A program made the translations under genes and the position numbers. A stretch of 64,000 bases of DNA from the human T2T-CHM13v2.0 reference genome, Homo sapiens: NCBI RefSeq assembly GCF_009914755.1, contig NC_060929.1, one strand, 5' to 3'. A model generated the notes under the pieces. It was not told the origin of the DNA, made no database searches, and was given only the letters and a program-made list of their open reading frames with translations. The stretch's first letter is position 1; each line of letters starts with the position of its first letter. Of the stretch, positions 1-16,580 are shown in pieces.

Positions 1-829
1 CCTGTTTGCTTCTGTTATTTTCTCCAAAGAGCCCTCCCTCCAAAAATTATGTGCACCAAAAACCCTGTCTCAGTCTCTGCTTCTAAGGAACTCAATCAAA
101 GATATCTCATATCAGGGCAGACCTCATCATTGCCATCTTTTCTTTTTGTTCTAGGCAGGCTCTTCTCTATGTGTCTGTGCCTATGCAAAGGCAATGACAG
201 AACTCTTAATGTGCTAGACACCTTCTGTACCACATGACCAACTTTGGATATCCAGAAACAGGTTGTCTGCTTCTTTGCGTTTTAAAAAGCATATCCCAAT
301 ATTTTTCTGCTCAGGAAATTTCCAGTTTTTTATCACTGTTTGAGGGCACTGCCCTCAGATAATTTTCTCAAACCTGTAGCTATTTTGCAGAGCTCTGGTA
401 ACCAACATACCTGGAGTTCATTCATGACTTTCATTTGTTGGGCCCTTATAATCACTGCTCACAAACACTGAACTAAGTGTTGTATATACATAAATATAAT
501 TACCTGCACCAAGATCTCACGGGATTTATAACACTATCACTCACATTTCAAAATGGGAAAACAGTGGATCATCAAAGTAAAGTAATATTGCTCATAAGTT
601 ATATGTAGAAGTCAGAATTCCACTGTCCAGACTCTTAACCCATAGGATGACCTATCAAAATCTTTTCTGAGCCTGCTTCACCCACTTAGAAGTATAGTCT
701 CATTGATGATTTATGACTGTTTCCCTTTATGGGGTAATCATTTAAAATCTTTCATATTTTAAATGTACAGTAAAAACAGAAATAATTTTTGGTAAAAACA
801 AGAGGAGCATGCTTTGGAGTAGGAATACA

Positions 830-1028
830 ATATAGTAGTTAAAAACCTGGCTTCATTCCACTTGAATTTAAGGTCTGACTCTGCTATACCAAATGAGGTG
901 TGATATCAGTGCAGTTAACAAGTTTCTCTGAGCCTCAGTTTTCTTATCTCTAAAATGGGCAAAATTATGACTACTTCAAATGCTATTGGAAGGATTAACT
1001 GAATTGGTGCATCTAAAATTATTAGCGG
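830..1028 (+). mobile_element. MIR SINE, 5' part, interrupted by an L1 (resumes ~1561-1600)
   Basis: MIR core-like 'gttaacaagtttctctgagcctcagttttcttatctctaaaatggg...ggattaactga'; continues as 'tggcatgtagcaagcactcaata' after 1560. Confidence 0.7.
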
Positions 1029-1546
1029 CACCCATAAACTCTTCATTTAACATTAGGTATATCTCCTAATGCTATCCCTCCCCCCTCCCCCCACCCCACA
1101 ACAGTCCCCAGTGTGTGATGTTCCCCTTCCTGTGTCCAGGTGTTCTCATTGTTCAATTCCCACCTATGAGTGAGAACATGCGGTGTTTGTTTTTTTCTCC
1201 TTGTGATAGTTTGCTGAGAATGATGATTTCCAGTTTCATCCATGTCCCTACAAAGGACATGAACTCATCATTTTTTTATGGCTGCATAGTATTCCATGGT
1301 GTATATGTGCCACATTTTCTTAATCCAGTCTATCATTGTTGGACATTTGGGTTGGTTCCAAGTCTTTGCTATTGTGAATAATTGCACCCTAAAACTTAAA
1401 GTGTAATAATAAAAAAAATGGAAGCCTATCTTAATATCTGGTGTTATAAATACAGATTCTTACACAAAACAGTTATTCTCAATGAAAGAAAATTCAAAGT
1501 GCTTCCATCTTGCTCCTTTAAAAATAAAATAAAATAAGGTAAAATA
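1029..1546. mobile_element. 5'-truncated, 5'-inverted L1PA insertion with probable 3' transduction
   Basis: Antisense L1PA 3' region ~1025-1380, then sense L1 terminus 'ccctaaaacttaaagtgtaataataaaaaaaa' to 1418, ~100 bp non-L1 sequence, then a second A-rich tail; TSD aaaattattagcgg (1015-1028) / aaaataattagtgg (1547-1560). Confidence 0.85.
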
Positions 1547-2720
1547 AAAATAATTAGTGGAATGTTTAGCATTTGGCATGTAGCAAGCACTCAATACATA
1601 TATAAAATGAGATTTATGAAGTCAAACAACAATAGCCATTATTGTTTGACGTTAAAAATCCCATTTTATCCATATTTCTGTCCAAACTTCATTTCTTAGA
1701 GAAATAACTTCTTTCTGCTTGCCTCTACCTAAAGTGTAACAGATTGTGCTTTAAATTTTGGTTTACATTTCGTTCTTGTTATTTTCCTCTCCCAGGTATA
1801 ATGGGTGTAGCTATAATTCCACCTGGAATAAGACTTTGTCCTGGCCATGATTCTTTAATATCCTTCTTCAGATTGAAACCAGCTCCACGCATATTCCCTC
1901 CCCAAACTTTCCTATCCCCAAAGCTGCTAGCTAAATCAGTGATGGTAGCAACTCTTCTGTTATCTGGCATTCATGGGATCCCACCTCATACTTAATCTCA
2001 ATGTGGAACCATCTGTACACATCTTCTGCGCACAGCATTGACCAAATGGTTCCAAAACTCATTAAGAAACTATTCAAAAGAAAAATAAATTACATTACAT
2101 TTCTCATGAAAGTCCCCGAACTTCCAAGGCTTATTTTTAAACCACATTCTCCACTTGACTGCAGAGCCAAACCCCTCTCCACCGCCAAAGCCTTGCAGGT
2201 GTGGTTTGTTGCATTGCTCATCAGATGGAGAGAATTAAGAACTTGACCAAGTGATGCAGCAGTAATCTCTATTTACTCTTTGATTTCTCAAGCCCTCTCT
2301 TCTCAATCTAAGCCTTTAAATTCAGGAAAGCTAAGGTGATTTTTGAGGCTTGGCCAAATCTTCCTTCTTTGTGCCTGATTGTGAAAAGTAAACATCTTTA
2401 ACCTATGACCAAGGAAATAAGAGTCACTTTGAATTGTTTTCACTCTAAGGGTAGTTGTTTAATGAGATCTGCTTGCAGAGAAAAAGATTACACATTTACC
2501 TGGCGAGTTTTTAAGGGAAGTTCAGTCACAGTGCAGACTTAATTTTTCTTCATGTCCTGAATGTTCAGCAATTCATCATTTCTACATTGCAAGTCCAGTA
2601 AAACACCATACAAGTGTCAGCGTGTGCTTATGCACTTTTTTCTTCAGGCATCATATCTAAACTATACCTAACGGAATGTGATCTTTTGTTTTTCCATGTT
2701 TTTTCATCAGAAGTCCCTGA

Positions 2721-3028
<308 letters not shown>

Positions 3029-4496
3029 GTCCCTGATTCTTTTCATATGGTAAAAGTAGTAGATCCTAAAGTCAAGGGAACCACAGTGATTTCAGCCTTT
3101 GGCTTTCATTGCCTTAAGTCAACTATGCAGTTATTTACCTGAGGATACTTCTGCCCAGGAGTGTTTTGTAGTTGAACAACATAATAGTGTTTTCCTCTAT
3201 TCAGCAACATTTTAAAATCTTCTTCAAGAGTTTAAGTTTACATTTTATTGTCATCTGCCTGGCAGCAGGCAGTGCAGGTGGCAAATGGACGGGAAATTTG
3301 ACAGCTGAGTTAATTAATAGATGGTAATTTGGAGTGTTGTCAAGCTGCCAGTGGGGATGAAGGTGCTTTGGATACAAGTATGCAAAGATGTTCTGCAAGG
3401 GTCAAAATATTTGTATTTCTCACATTACTTTGACTTTTTTTTTTATCTGGGCATCTATACCTAGGAAAATGTATTAAAATTAATCAGAGTTATTTCTAGT
3501 CATAGATGACTGGCATTTTCACATTTCTCAGTGTCTTCTTATCAACTTTTTTATGTGAGAGAACTTGTTGGAATAGAGCTTACATACTCCTTCAAAGACT
3601 TTCCTATTATTCCACAGATCTTTTAAGAGAGAAATGGACCTCCTTTATCTGCTTACTTACTTTCAGTTACCATTTTGAGCCAGGAAATACAGTTTCCTAT
3701 GTGGTCTAGATTTTTTGTTTCTCTTTGAAGTCCTTCTCCCTCCCCCACCTCCTTAGGCTTTCAACATGATTTTCCCATTAGTTATTATTAGATATTATTT
3801 TCCCATTAGTTCTTATTTATCCCCCTTCAAATTACCTCAGGTGGGATAGATAGACAGCTAGATGATAGCTAAAGGAAGATAGCTGGTTAAATTTAATAGA
3901 CAGAACCAAAGGTCCCCAGTGTTTCTTGCTCTTGGTGAATAAAGTAAAACATTTTGGAAGAAATTAACCATTTTGAAAACAATCTGTAAAGTGTTTTTAT
4001 ACACATAGTTAATTTTGATATTTGTCTACAGTGGCAATAGGGTGGCTATTCACAGTAAACAAAAGGCTGTGTTCTTCATTACCTCTACCAGAGATGTAAA
4101 ATCTACATTAGAACTGCAACAGTTCCTCTATCAAACACTAAGAGAGAATAGTCCCTATTGTCTCTCAATAATACTTTATGTATAGATGGTGGGTTGGCAT
4201 CATGTAAGCATTTGACTATTCCAAATGTTTAAATTAATGTTCATTTTTTTCCAAGACAGAGATGACTAAAATTAAAGAATAAAATAATGTGATTATTATT
4301 GATATTCTTATTTTTCACTCCATGTACTAAAGGAGTATCTAGCATTATGAAATTTAAATAAAACATTTTTAGGGAAAATATTTATGTATCTCCAAATGAA
4401 ATTTTGTATTTTATGTTTTAGAATTCAGTCAGTGACTCAATAAATCATTACGTAATATATGTTTGAGGCTTTACAATATTTTTTGAGATGTCCAGC

Positions 4497-4890
4497 TGAT
4501 ATGTTTTGGGTCTCTGTCCCTGCCCAAATCTCACATTGAATTTTAATCCCCAATATTGGAGGTGAGGCCTGATGGGAGGTAATTGGATCATGGAGGTGGT
4601 TTCTCATGGGTTATACCATCTCCCTTGGTGATGTGGTGAGAGTGAGTTATCTCGAGAACTAGTTATTTAGCATTGTGTAGCACCTCGCCACTCTCTCTCT
4701 TCCTCCTTCTCTGGCCATGTGAAGACATGCTACTTCCCCTTGCCTTCCACCATGATTGTAAGTTTCCTGAGGCCTCCCCAGCCATGCTGCCTATACAACC
4801 TGTGGAACTGTGTGCCAATTAAATCTCTTTTGTTATAAATTACCCAGTCTCAGGTATTTGTTTATAGCAGTGAGAGAATAGAATAATATA
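4497..4890 (+). mobile_element. MST-type (MSTA-like) MaLR solo LTR
   Basis: Starts 'tgatatgttttgg...cccaaatctcacattgaa'; contains 'catgattgtaagtttcctgaggcctccccagccatg'; ends 'gaataatata'; near-TSD ccagc/acagc. Confidence 0.85.
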
Positions 4891-4924
4891 ACAGCTTATA
4901 CACCTAAATTACAATGTAGAGTAA

Positions 4925-6060
4925 CCAATATTTATTGAGTTTCTATTCCAGGTAGTACTATACTAAGCTTTTACCTTGAAAAGTGAAAGGCACAGTCCTC
5001 TCAAATAGTTTAGTTTATTTAAAGGGAGATATAAAAGAGTGCAGGTTATAAAAATGCATGGTAATAAATATTATGATAAAGATGTGTTCTGGAAGCTATG
5101 GGAATTCTAATTTAGATTAAGAGGAAAGAAAAGTTCCCAAAAAATATGATGTGAAACATGAATTTTAGACTACAATAATGATAACAATGCTTCCAAAATA
5201 TACTGAATGTTTATTATACAAAGAAATGTGTATAAATACACAGATTATATTTATTTGTGTATATATTATAAAAATATATATATCGATAATATATATATAA
5301 AAGATAGCAAATATATCTTTTGCTAAAAGATAGCAAATATATATATATAAAGATAGCAAATATAAAAAGATAGAAAATATATATAAAAGATAGCATCTTC
5401 ACATGCTATCTTTACACACTATCTGAGATACATTTATTATCCTCATTTTATAAATGGAAATGAGTAAACTGACCTGAGCCATAAAACTAGTCAGTGGAAG
5501 CATTCACCTGGAGGGAACCCAGGCCTGGCTGATGGTTTTTTCAGGCACCTCTCTACTATTTTTAATTCTACATAGGAGTCAGTACGAGTAAAGCACAGAG
5601 AAGAGGAAAAGCAGAGAGTACTTGGGGAATTCCAAGTAATTTGGAATAAGTGTAAAACTTGGATATGTGCAGGAATGGGGCCAAGAGAATGAGGATAGAG
5701 GACCAGGGTAGTTCAGAAGTCCCATAGCTCGTCAGAAAATTGAATTCTATCCCACAAGCTATGAAGAGCCAGGGAACATGGTAAGCCATGGAGTGTTAAG
5801 ATTAGAGGCACTCTCTTGAACAATGACTCTGTCAGCAAAAATTAGTCAAGGAATAGCAGAATATAGATAGTAATTTATAGTTGGAGTAAGGAAATGGGAG
5901 AGTAATGAATCTAAATTGACCTCCAGATGTGAGAATGGAGGCTGGGAGGGGAACACTGGAAAGCAGTGGTGCCTTTCAGGGAGATAGGAAGTGCAGCAGA
6001 GGGGAGATCCGAAGAGCTCTGATTCAGACAAGGAGCATCTGCAGTGAATTTAGGTGGAGG
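4925..6060 (-). mobile_element. Degraded L2 fragments interrupted by an AT-rich repeat and a MIR piece
   Basis: L2-end-like 'aatatttattgag...actatactaag' and purine-rich L2-like tracts at 5580-6060; boundaries approximate. Confidence 0.45.
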
Positions 6061-6754
6061 CAGCTGTGGCACTCATGTGCCTATGCTGATGTACTATGAA
6101 GTGCTGACAGTGTATTAAGAATAAATGCTTTGCAAAAGGAAACGTTGAAACATTTTAATACAAAAAATGACAAATTTGGGAATCTAAATTTCAAATAGAG
6201 CAGACAATGTGTTGGAGGATTGAGATTACATCTGTTTGGGAAACAATTACCTGTCTGGAAAGAATCAGGATGGTAGTTTGACAAATAAACTCTCTGTCTA
6301 GAGTTTCTTTGTTAACAATTTTGTCACATCAATTACTCTCCTTCTATGCTATTCTCACGTACAGACTAAGAAGTATGTTCCATAGATGCACAGAAATAAG
6401 TAAAGTAGGAAATCGGTTGAAACACTGCAGTTATCTTTATTATATTTTATTTGTTGTATTATTATACTTTATATACATATTATTGACATTTTTTATATTG
6501 AGCATTTTGCGGAATTGTTTCCCATGAATTATATTTAAAATTATCTATAAATTACATATACATTTATAATACATACATACATATATATGCATATATATAT
6601 AATTAACAAATATTTCATTTTTAACCCAGAAATTGGAACTGGGTTATGACTTTTCAGAAACTCTTCGGCTTGGATACTAAGGTCCAGTGCAATGCATATG
6701 TATGGAGGGTATACTGTTAGCTGTCTTCAAAGAGTTGACAGTATTTTAGAACAC

Positions 6755-6916
6755 CGTTTTTTAAACTTCGTGCAAATAATTTGCCTGGGTTATCTCATTA
6801 AGATGTTGATTCCTTATTCAGTAGTCCAAGGCAGGGTCTGAAATTCTGCTTCACTCTTATGATCCTAGGTGATGCCATAGCTGTTGATATGCAGGTCACA
6901 GTTTGAATAGCAAAGT
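6755..6916. mobile_element. MER5A-like hAT-Charlie MITE
   Basis: 'attcagtagtccaaggcagggtctgaaattctgc...ctaggtgatgcc...cacagtttgaatagcaaag' resembles MER5A. Confidence 0.6.
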
Positions 6917-9519
6917 TTTAGAGAAAATCTACATGTATCTAACTGAACACAATGCCACATTAAGTCAATATTAGCAGAATGAACAAAGCACTATGAAAGC
7001 CCCTAATTACAGATTATATTTCATAGGTCTAGACTCGGACTTTGAAATGGGAGATTTGTACTTATTCTGTAACCAGTGAATGGCTGCTGACAGGCTGTTC
7101 AATTATTTTCAGAAAGTGTTTCAAATATTTAGCAAGAGAATCACCCAGTTCTCTAAAAATCTGAGTTTGAGTAAATATATCTTTTTAAAAGAGCAGTCTC
7201 ACAGTCTGCTGCAAGAGGAGGTAACAACATTTAATGCAAACTTTGATAAAGTAAATTGTTTTAGTGCTAAGTCATGAAAAACAATGGGCTTAAATTTAGT
7301 AATAAAGCACAACACAAGAAAGGATGATAGAAAAGTTCTGCATTTTTACTCAAGTAAATAGATCTTAATTCCAAGTTGAGAAAAAAGGTTTTTAGGACAA
7401 TCCTAAGAATTGACCCGTGGCAAAAATTTTATTCTTTTTTTTTTTTTTTTCAGTAATGAACATGGAAAGATGCAAGGAGACAGCAATATGCTATGTTTTT
7501 AAAGATCAGTCTGCAGCGTAGAAGGAGGCCGGGTGACCGAGCCTCTGAGGTCTCTGGGCCTGTGTTGTCTGGGGAATTGCAAGAAAATCAATTAAAGGTA
7601 ATTAACTCAGCAGTAGTTTTCACATAAAGGGTAATTCAAGCAAACTAGAAATAGCTGAAAGCGGAGCCAGCTCTACTAAACTATGTGAAGGCCTCTAATG
7701 CTCCAGTGGAAAGTGGACATGAGATGAATTGAAGCAGCAACTGGCACTAGGCATGGCGGTGAAGCAGGAGCTATTGAATCACACTGCAGAATTTTATCTT
7801 TACAAACTCTCTTCTAATCTAATTGCCCATTTTTGTTCATATAGATATATATAGTGATAATTCTTTAATTAGTTTTAACAAAATCATATATATATACATA
7901 CATATATACACAGGTATTCACACACACACACATATACATATGATTGATTCTATTTTTGTTTCTTTTAAATCACTTTTTTTGAAACTGCTGCACGGAGGGT
8001 CAGAAGCACAGATGCTGAGTCTGTTTAAAATGGCCTAGAAAGCAAAGCACATGCTTTAATCTGATGTCTAGGCTGCATTTTAAAAAATTGGATTGAAAAG
8101 GATTAGATTAGATTAGACCTTCTGGATTTAAAAATGTTAAAGCTCCATTTATGCTTTAACATAATCTCTTTCTACTCTCTGGAGTCATCAAGCAGAACAC
8201 CATCTTGGTTAGCTTTTTTTATTATTAAATTTCAGACCATTTTTAACATCCTACTTTCATATTTGTAATAGAAAGAAATCCTCAGAAACTGAGCTAAAAG
8301 TTCTTTTGACATGCTGCTAAAGGGTACAGTGGGTATGTAAGCCTTCTGATTCTTACAATGGCTTTCATGTGTTTGCACACACACACACACACACACGAAT
8401 AAAAATAACTAGTTTTTATATTCAAATTGCAGTGCATACTTTTGAATACTAAGCATTTTTATGAAGTGATAGCCGCCAGTAGTGTAACAATTTATTATAA
8501 AGCTTAAATAGAAAACCTCTGTGAGATTTTGTACACTATACCCCAACTTGACATACCGATTAGTTCCAATCTTTGTAAATAAAAAAGACGAATAACTATA
8601 CACCATTTTCAGACTACTGAGGTTCTGAATACAAATAGGTTTTTTCTATAGTATTGATGGTCATAGATTATATAAAGAGAAAATACCACTACATTTTAGA
8701 TTATACAAAGTATTTTGAGGTGGAAAGTTGAAAAATCTTCGCATAATTATTGCAAAACTTTAGCAGATAGCTTTCTATTTCTTAACGTGTAATTTTGCTT
8801 CTCTAAAACATTTTCAGAACAGAGCCAAGATAGACTTGTAAGCATTTGTAAATTTGTTATCACTGCACTTGGGCTGATATATCTTCTCAAAATTACAGTG
8901 ATTACAAATGATTAATTATATTCGTGTAGCATCAACAATTTAAGATTTATGGCTTATCCCAAGTAAAGAACTACTGTCATTTATCTAAGGCATAAACAAC
9001 ACTGCTATCTAACCAAAAAGCCTGCGGATCCTAACAAACTATTTTTAAACTGAACAAATTATTTGTAACTAAATTTTAAAAACTGGAACATGAGAAGGCT
9101 TAGAAAAAGAAATATTAGTTTTCTTAAACAGTTCTTGATGTAAAGTTTGATAAGCATTTGGTGGAAGGCACTGTAGCACTGTTTTATCTCCAGACAAAAG
9201 GCTGACTCACATTCAGAAAGCAGAATCATCAATAACAACGATATAATTGAGAATGAAAATGATTTTTTTCTTTTAGAACAGTCTAAAATCCACTTGGTTT
9301 TACTTTGTGAGGTCTGTTTTTAGAATTTTGGTGAAAACTTTAATTTTTTATTCGGACGAAAAGAAAAGTCATATTCAATATTTTCTTTTCTCAATTTAAG
9401 GAGAGTCCACTGGTATGTCCATTAGTTAAACTTTGATTTTTGGTAAATATGAAACAGAATCTTGCATTTGTCCTTCTTTTTCCATTAAAAACTCTGCCCA
9501 CAGGTAACCAAATAGCTGA

Positions 9520-9790
9520 TCAGGTGAAGTTTCTTTTTATAGAAATATTCCAGCTAATAAACAGAGAAGGAATTATATAATTAGAAATCTCCATTTTGCA
9601 ACCCCTAATGAAAATAAAGGATGCATTTGATGATCTGCAGTAGCTGCTAGCCTCACAAAGTGAGAAACAGCCAAAAACTGTGGGCTTCCTGAGAAAACCC
9701 ACATTACCACAAATGAAACTTTTCGTCTTTTTAAAACAAAAATAAAACTGATAAATAAATAAATCTCAAACCTGAATTTGACTAAGCATT
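9520..9790 (+). mobile_element. L1MC-type 3' fragment
   Basis: 'agaaatattccagctaataaa...ccattttgcaacccctaatgaa' is typical of L1MC4/5 3' ends. Confidence 0.6.
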
Positions 9791-11675
9791 TTACGGGAAA
9801 GATTTGGGAAAACAGAACATCTTAAATAATACAATTGTATGGCGTTAGCAACATCCTAATTATAGGCCACTCCATATGACAGACAACAATTAAATTGCGG
9901 GGGATGGGAGTGAAGGAGTATGAGGAAGGGAAAGAAGGAAGGAAATAGAACACCTGCAGCATAGAAGAAACTTAAAAGCTGTATCAACCAATTGCAAAAT
10001 ATGGACCTTTTCTCCAACAAATACGCTTGTCGGAAAAAAAAATGTAGCAAAGCATTACATTCTCAATCAGATATGTGGCAAATGGCAAATTTAAGAAAGT
10101 TGGAAAAATTATCCTATTCTGAGAAGCATTTGTTCTGACAACAATTTCGCAGAGCTGCAATGAATTTTTCAAAAGTCCTTTTGCCTGTAGAAAAACAAAA
10201 ATGACAGTGCATTTAGTGAGGCCTTAACGTCAACCAAGTTAGACAGTCTTTGCCAAGCTTCAGGATAACACGCTTGTTCTTACAAGAGACTGCCACTTTC
10301 ACAGACCAAATCCTAACAATTTAGTAAGCTTGCACCAATAAAAAATCATTAAGCTAGGTATCAGCAATGACTCTTTTAGCAGCTAGGCGTGGCCAGAAAT
10401 AGGTTATTTTCTGAGACATCCAGTTAGCCTTCCACATGATAAACTTAATTATTTTACATTTATAGAAGCATGGAGATCTACTATTAAAAACTACACCCAG
10501 GTTTTAACTCTTGAAAAGAAAAAAAAAAGAAATAAGAAAAAAAATCAAAAGCATGAAAATAAAAATCTAAATTGAGAAAAAATTAAAGCTTTAAACTAAT
10601 ACATATAATGTAATCAGAAAATAAAGTATTAATAAGGTATAATTTGTACAAGATGAAAAAAATCTCACTATAAAAACAAGGGAGAGAAATTTCAGCGCAA
10701 TGGGAAATAAAATACTCTCACATTACATATGCTACAAAGTACTTATTTCATTTGCAACTTGTATTTATATTTTCTAATATGGAAAAAGAACAGCAAGCAA
10801 CATATTTATGGTAAAAAGTACTTAATTCTTTGTATTTCTATCTAAAGAAATAATAGCCTTACTTGAATTACATATAGATTGAATGTGAATCTTTATTATT
10901 AAAATGTACTTTTTGTTAGCACAGTGATATACACTTAAAAAACAGGTGAGAGGAACTGTAATTATTTCATATATTTTTGTTTTATATTTCTAAGATGTTG
11001 AGATCTCAGGCATTTTTTGTAAAAAAATTATTAAAAGCTCTGCTTTTAGTTACTCCAGGAGACCTTTGTGTATCTAGTTATTTATCACAGGGATGTATCG
11101 CTTTCTCCATTTGACACAGTGAAATAGGCTGATTTTGTAAATCTTTTAAACATCCTAAAGATAGTACATATTGTTATATAACTGATTTATATGTGGATAA
11201 AATTTGTCTTTCATAAATATTAGAGCACAGCTAAATGCTAGCGAGTTGTTAGGATGAGATTATACCTGCCTGTCAGCAAGTGAGAATGAAATTTTCCAAT
11301 AGCAAAGTCATCCTGAGGAGCAATGTCAAATGCCCTGAATTGGCAAATAGAAGCAGCAATTTATTCTTAGGTACTCAGAATGTTTTAAATATCATTTTCC
11401 CCACTGTAAACATCCGTATTCACATTTTACCTAATATTGCGGGCTTTAAATGCTAACATTATTTTTTTTTGGCTTGAAGTCTTTATTTCTGGAAACTAAA
11501 TGAGTCTAACAAATGAAAAGCCTTGTGAATGTTTCTTTCAGTATGTGATGGAGCATTGTTTTAAGAGACAATTTAATTTCTTTGCCAAAAAAATTATTCT
11601 CCATTTTATATAGATTAGCAATAATTACATATTCCTATAAAGAGGAGTCCATGGGATTTTCAACCTGTATTTGAG

Positions 11676-14566
<2,891 letters not shown>

Positions 14567-16116
14567 CTGATAATACTTTAGTAACTAGTACTTTAAAACC
14601 ATATCAAGGTGGTGATCAACCAAATTGAATTTTCCAGGATCATTAAGTTAGTTTTAATGATTTTACACCATTGATAAATAACTAGATGTTATGAGGGACA
14701 GTGGTGGATAATAGTGAAATACAGAGATCTTTGAGTTAAGCATCTCTTACTTTGAATCCTGATCTGGGTTTTAAGAGGTGTATAATACTCATAAAGTTAC
14801 TTAACACTTCTAGAACTAATTTTCCACAACTATAAAATAGAAATAATAATAGCTTCCTAATATGGTGGTTGTACAAATTCAGTGCAACAATATAAACAGT
14901 ACCTGATACAATAAATTAGAGCTATTGTAATTTTAAAATATATGTTTCTCTTTTAAAATTACTCCTCAGAGCACTAATTGGTACTTTTCTGTCTTGAAAT
15001 AGTGAAGTGGAATAAAGAGTTTTTAAAAAGTATTTTCTTCTCCTTGATGCACCATGGGATGAGATTATAGATAGCATCTGAATTAACAACCAGGAGTTGC
15101 TGCCGATGAGCACACTGTAAGCTCTGAAAACGCATTTGGAAGTACCTTATATTTTGGCCCATGACTCACTCTTTGACATTAATTCTTCTCTATAAGGGAT
15201 TAATGTACTCAAGAATCAATATGCTTTCAGACAGATCCTAGATGGGTGAGTTTCTTTGCTGGTCAGTATTTTCATTATTTACAACTTATGTCAGCAATAT
15301 TCCCTACTCGCCTATCAGTATTTGAATTTGTTCTCTCATTTCAGTCCTGAATGTTGAACATTACTCAAAAGGTCTTTTATAACTTGATTTACCAAGAAAG
15401 CAGATTAGGAATCTTTTTGAAGACTTTATAGGGGAGCAATTAGAAAGAGATTACTATTTAGTTCTGTATCCTAGATACATAGGGTGAGTATTCTGAGTTA
15501 TTCTGCAAATATTAATATTTACATTTGAAACATATTTATCAGTACCACCAAGTTATTTTATACAGATTATTTTCTTAGTCTTTTTTCATTATGACAGATA
15601 TCGTCTATCATTTTCCCTTTTGAATTCCACGTTTTAATGAATTTTTTCTTATTATGATATGTACTTATCTAATCAATATTTAATTACATTTGCATTATTC
15701 ATATTTTGTATGCTTTCACAATGTTTTCATATAGTGCTTAAGAATATATGACTTAGTTCATACCTTGGTTTGTAAATGCCGTTATCCACTAAAATGAACC
15801 AAGATTCCTTGGAGAAGTGGCTAATTCTAGGACTAGGGCAGAGAAAGTATGAGATGATTCTATAATATATTTTTGTTCTAGGAAATAAGGAAGGGTGTGA
15901 CAAATTAGGGGGTCATGTAAAAAATGATCCAAGAGTCAGCTTGAAACAGTTCCTACAGGCCAAATCTGGAGCAATTTGAGCATAAAAGTGAAAAATTACA
16001 GTAATGGATTTCAAAAACCGCTGATTTAAAAAAATCCATGAGTCTATACTGAAAATATATACATGTATGATATATAAATGAGGGGAAAGGAAAAGAGCTT
16101 TCTTGCAGTATATTAC

Positions 16117-16177
16117 TATATATATAAATATACATATAAATATATATAAATATATATAAATATACATATTAATATAT

Positions 16178-16229
<52 letters not shown>
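16117..16229. repeat. (TA)n-rich microsatellite
   Basis: Visible degenerate and then perfect TA run. Confidence 0.9.
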
Positions 16230-16232
<3 letters not shown>

Positions 16233-16240
16233 GTGACAGC

Positions 16241-16580
16241 TGTTATCAGTTGAATTGTCTGTCCCAAAACTCATATGTTGAATCCCTAACACCCAGAGTC
16301 CCAGAATGTGACTGTATTTAGACAGGATCTTCAGTGAGATATTTCAAAGTTAAAATGAGGGTAGGCCTTAATCCAAAATAATCAGTGTCCTTATCAAAAG
16401 AGAAAATTAGGACACAAACAACATAGAGGAATGACCAAGAGAGGGCAGTCATCTTTAAACCAAGGGATGAGGCCTCAGAAAATATGAACTAGCCTCCAGA
16501 ATTGTGAAAAAATAAACTTGTGTGGTTTAAACTATCCAGTATGTAGTATTTTGTTATGGTACCCTGTACAAACTAATACA
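16241..16580 (+). mobile_element. MLT1 (MLT1B-like) MaLR solo LTR
   Basis: 'tgttat...gaattgt...catatgttgaatccctaac...cagaatgtgactgtattt' through 'aactaataca'. Confidence 0.8.

Noticed and set aside
1796-1995. Good splice acceptor (tttcctctcccag|G) followed by short open frames
   Set aside because: No recognisable protein in any frame and no upstream exon in the window; cannot be supported as CDS, though a non-coding exon is not excluded
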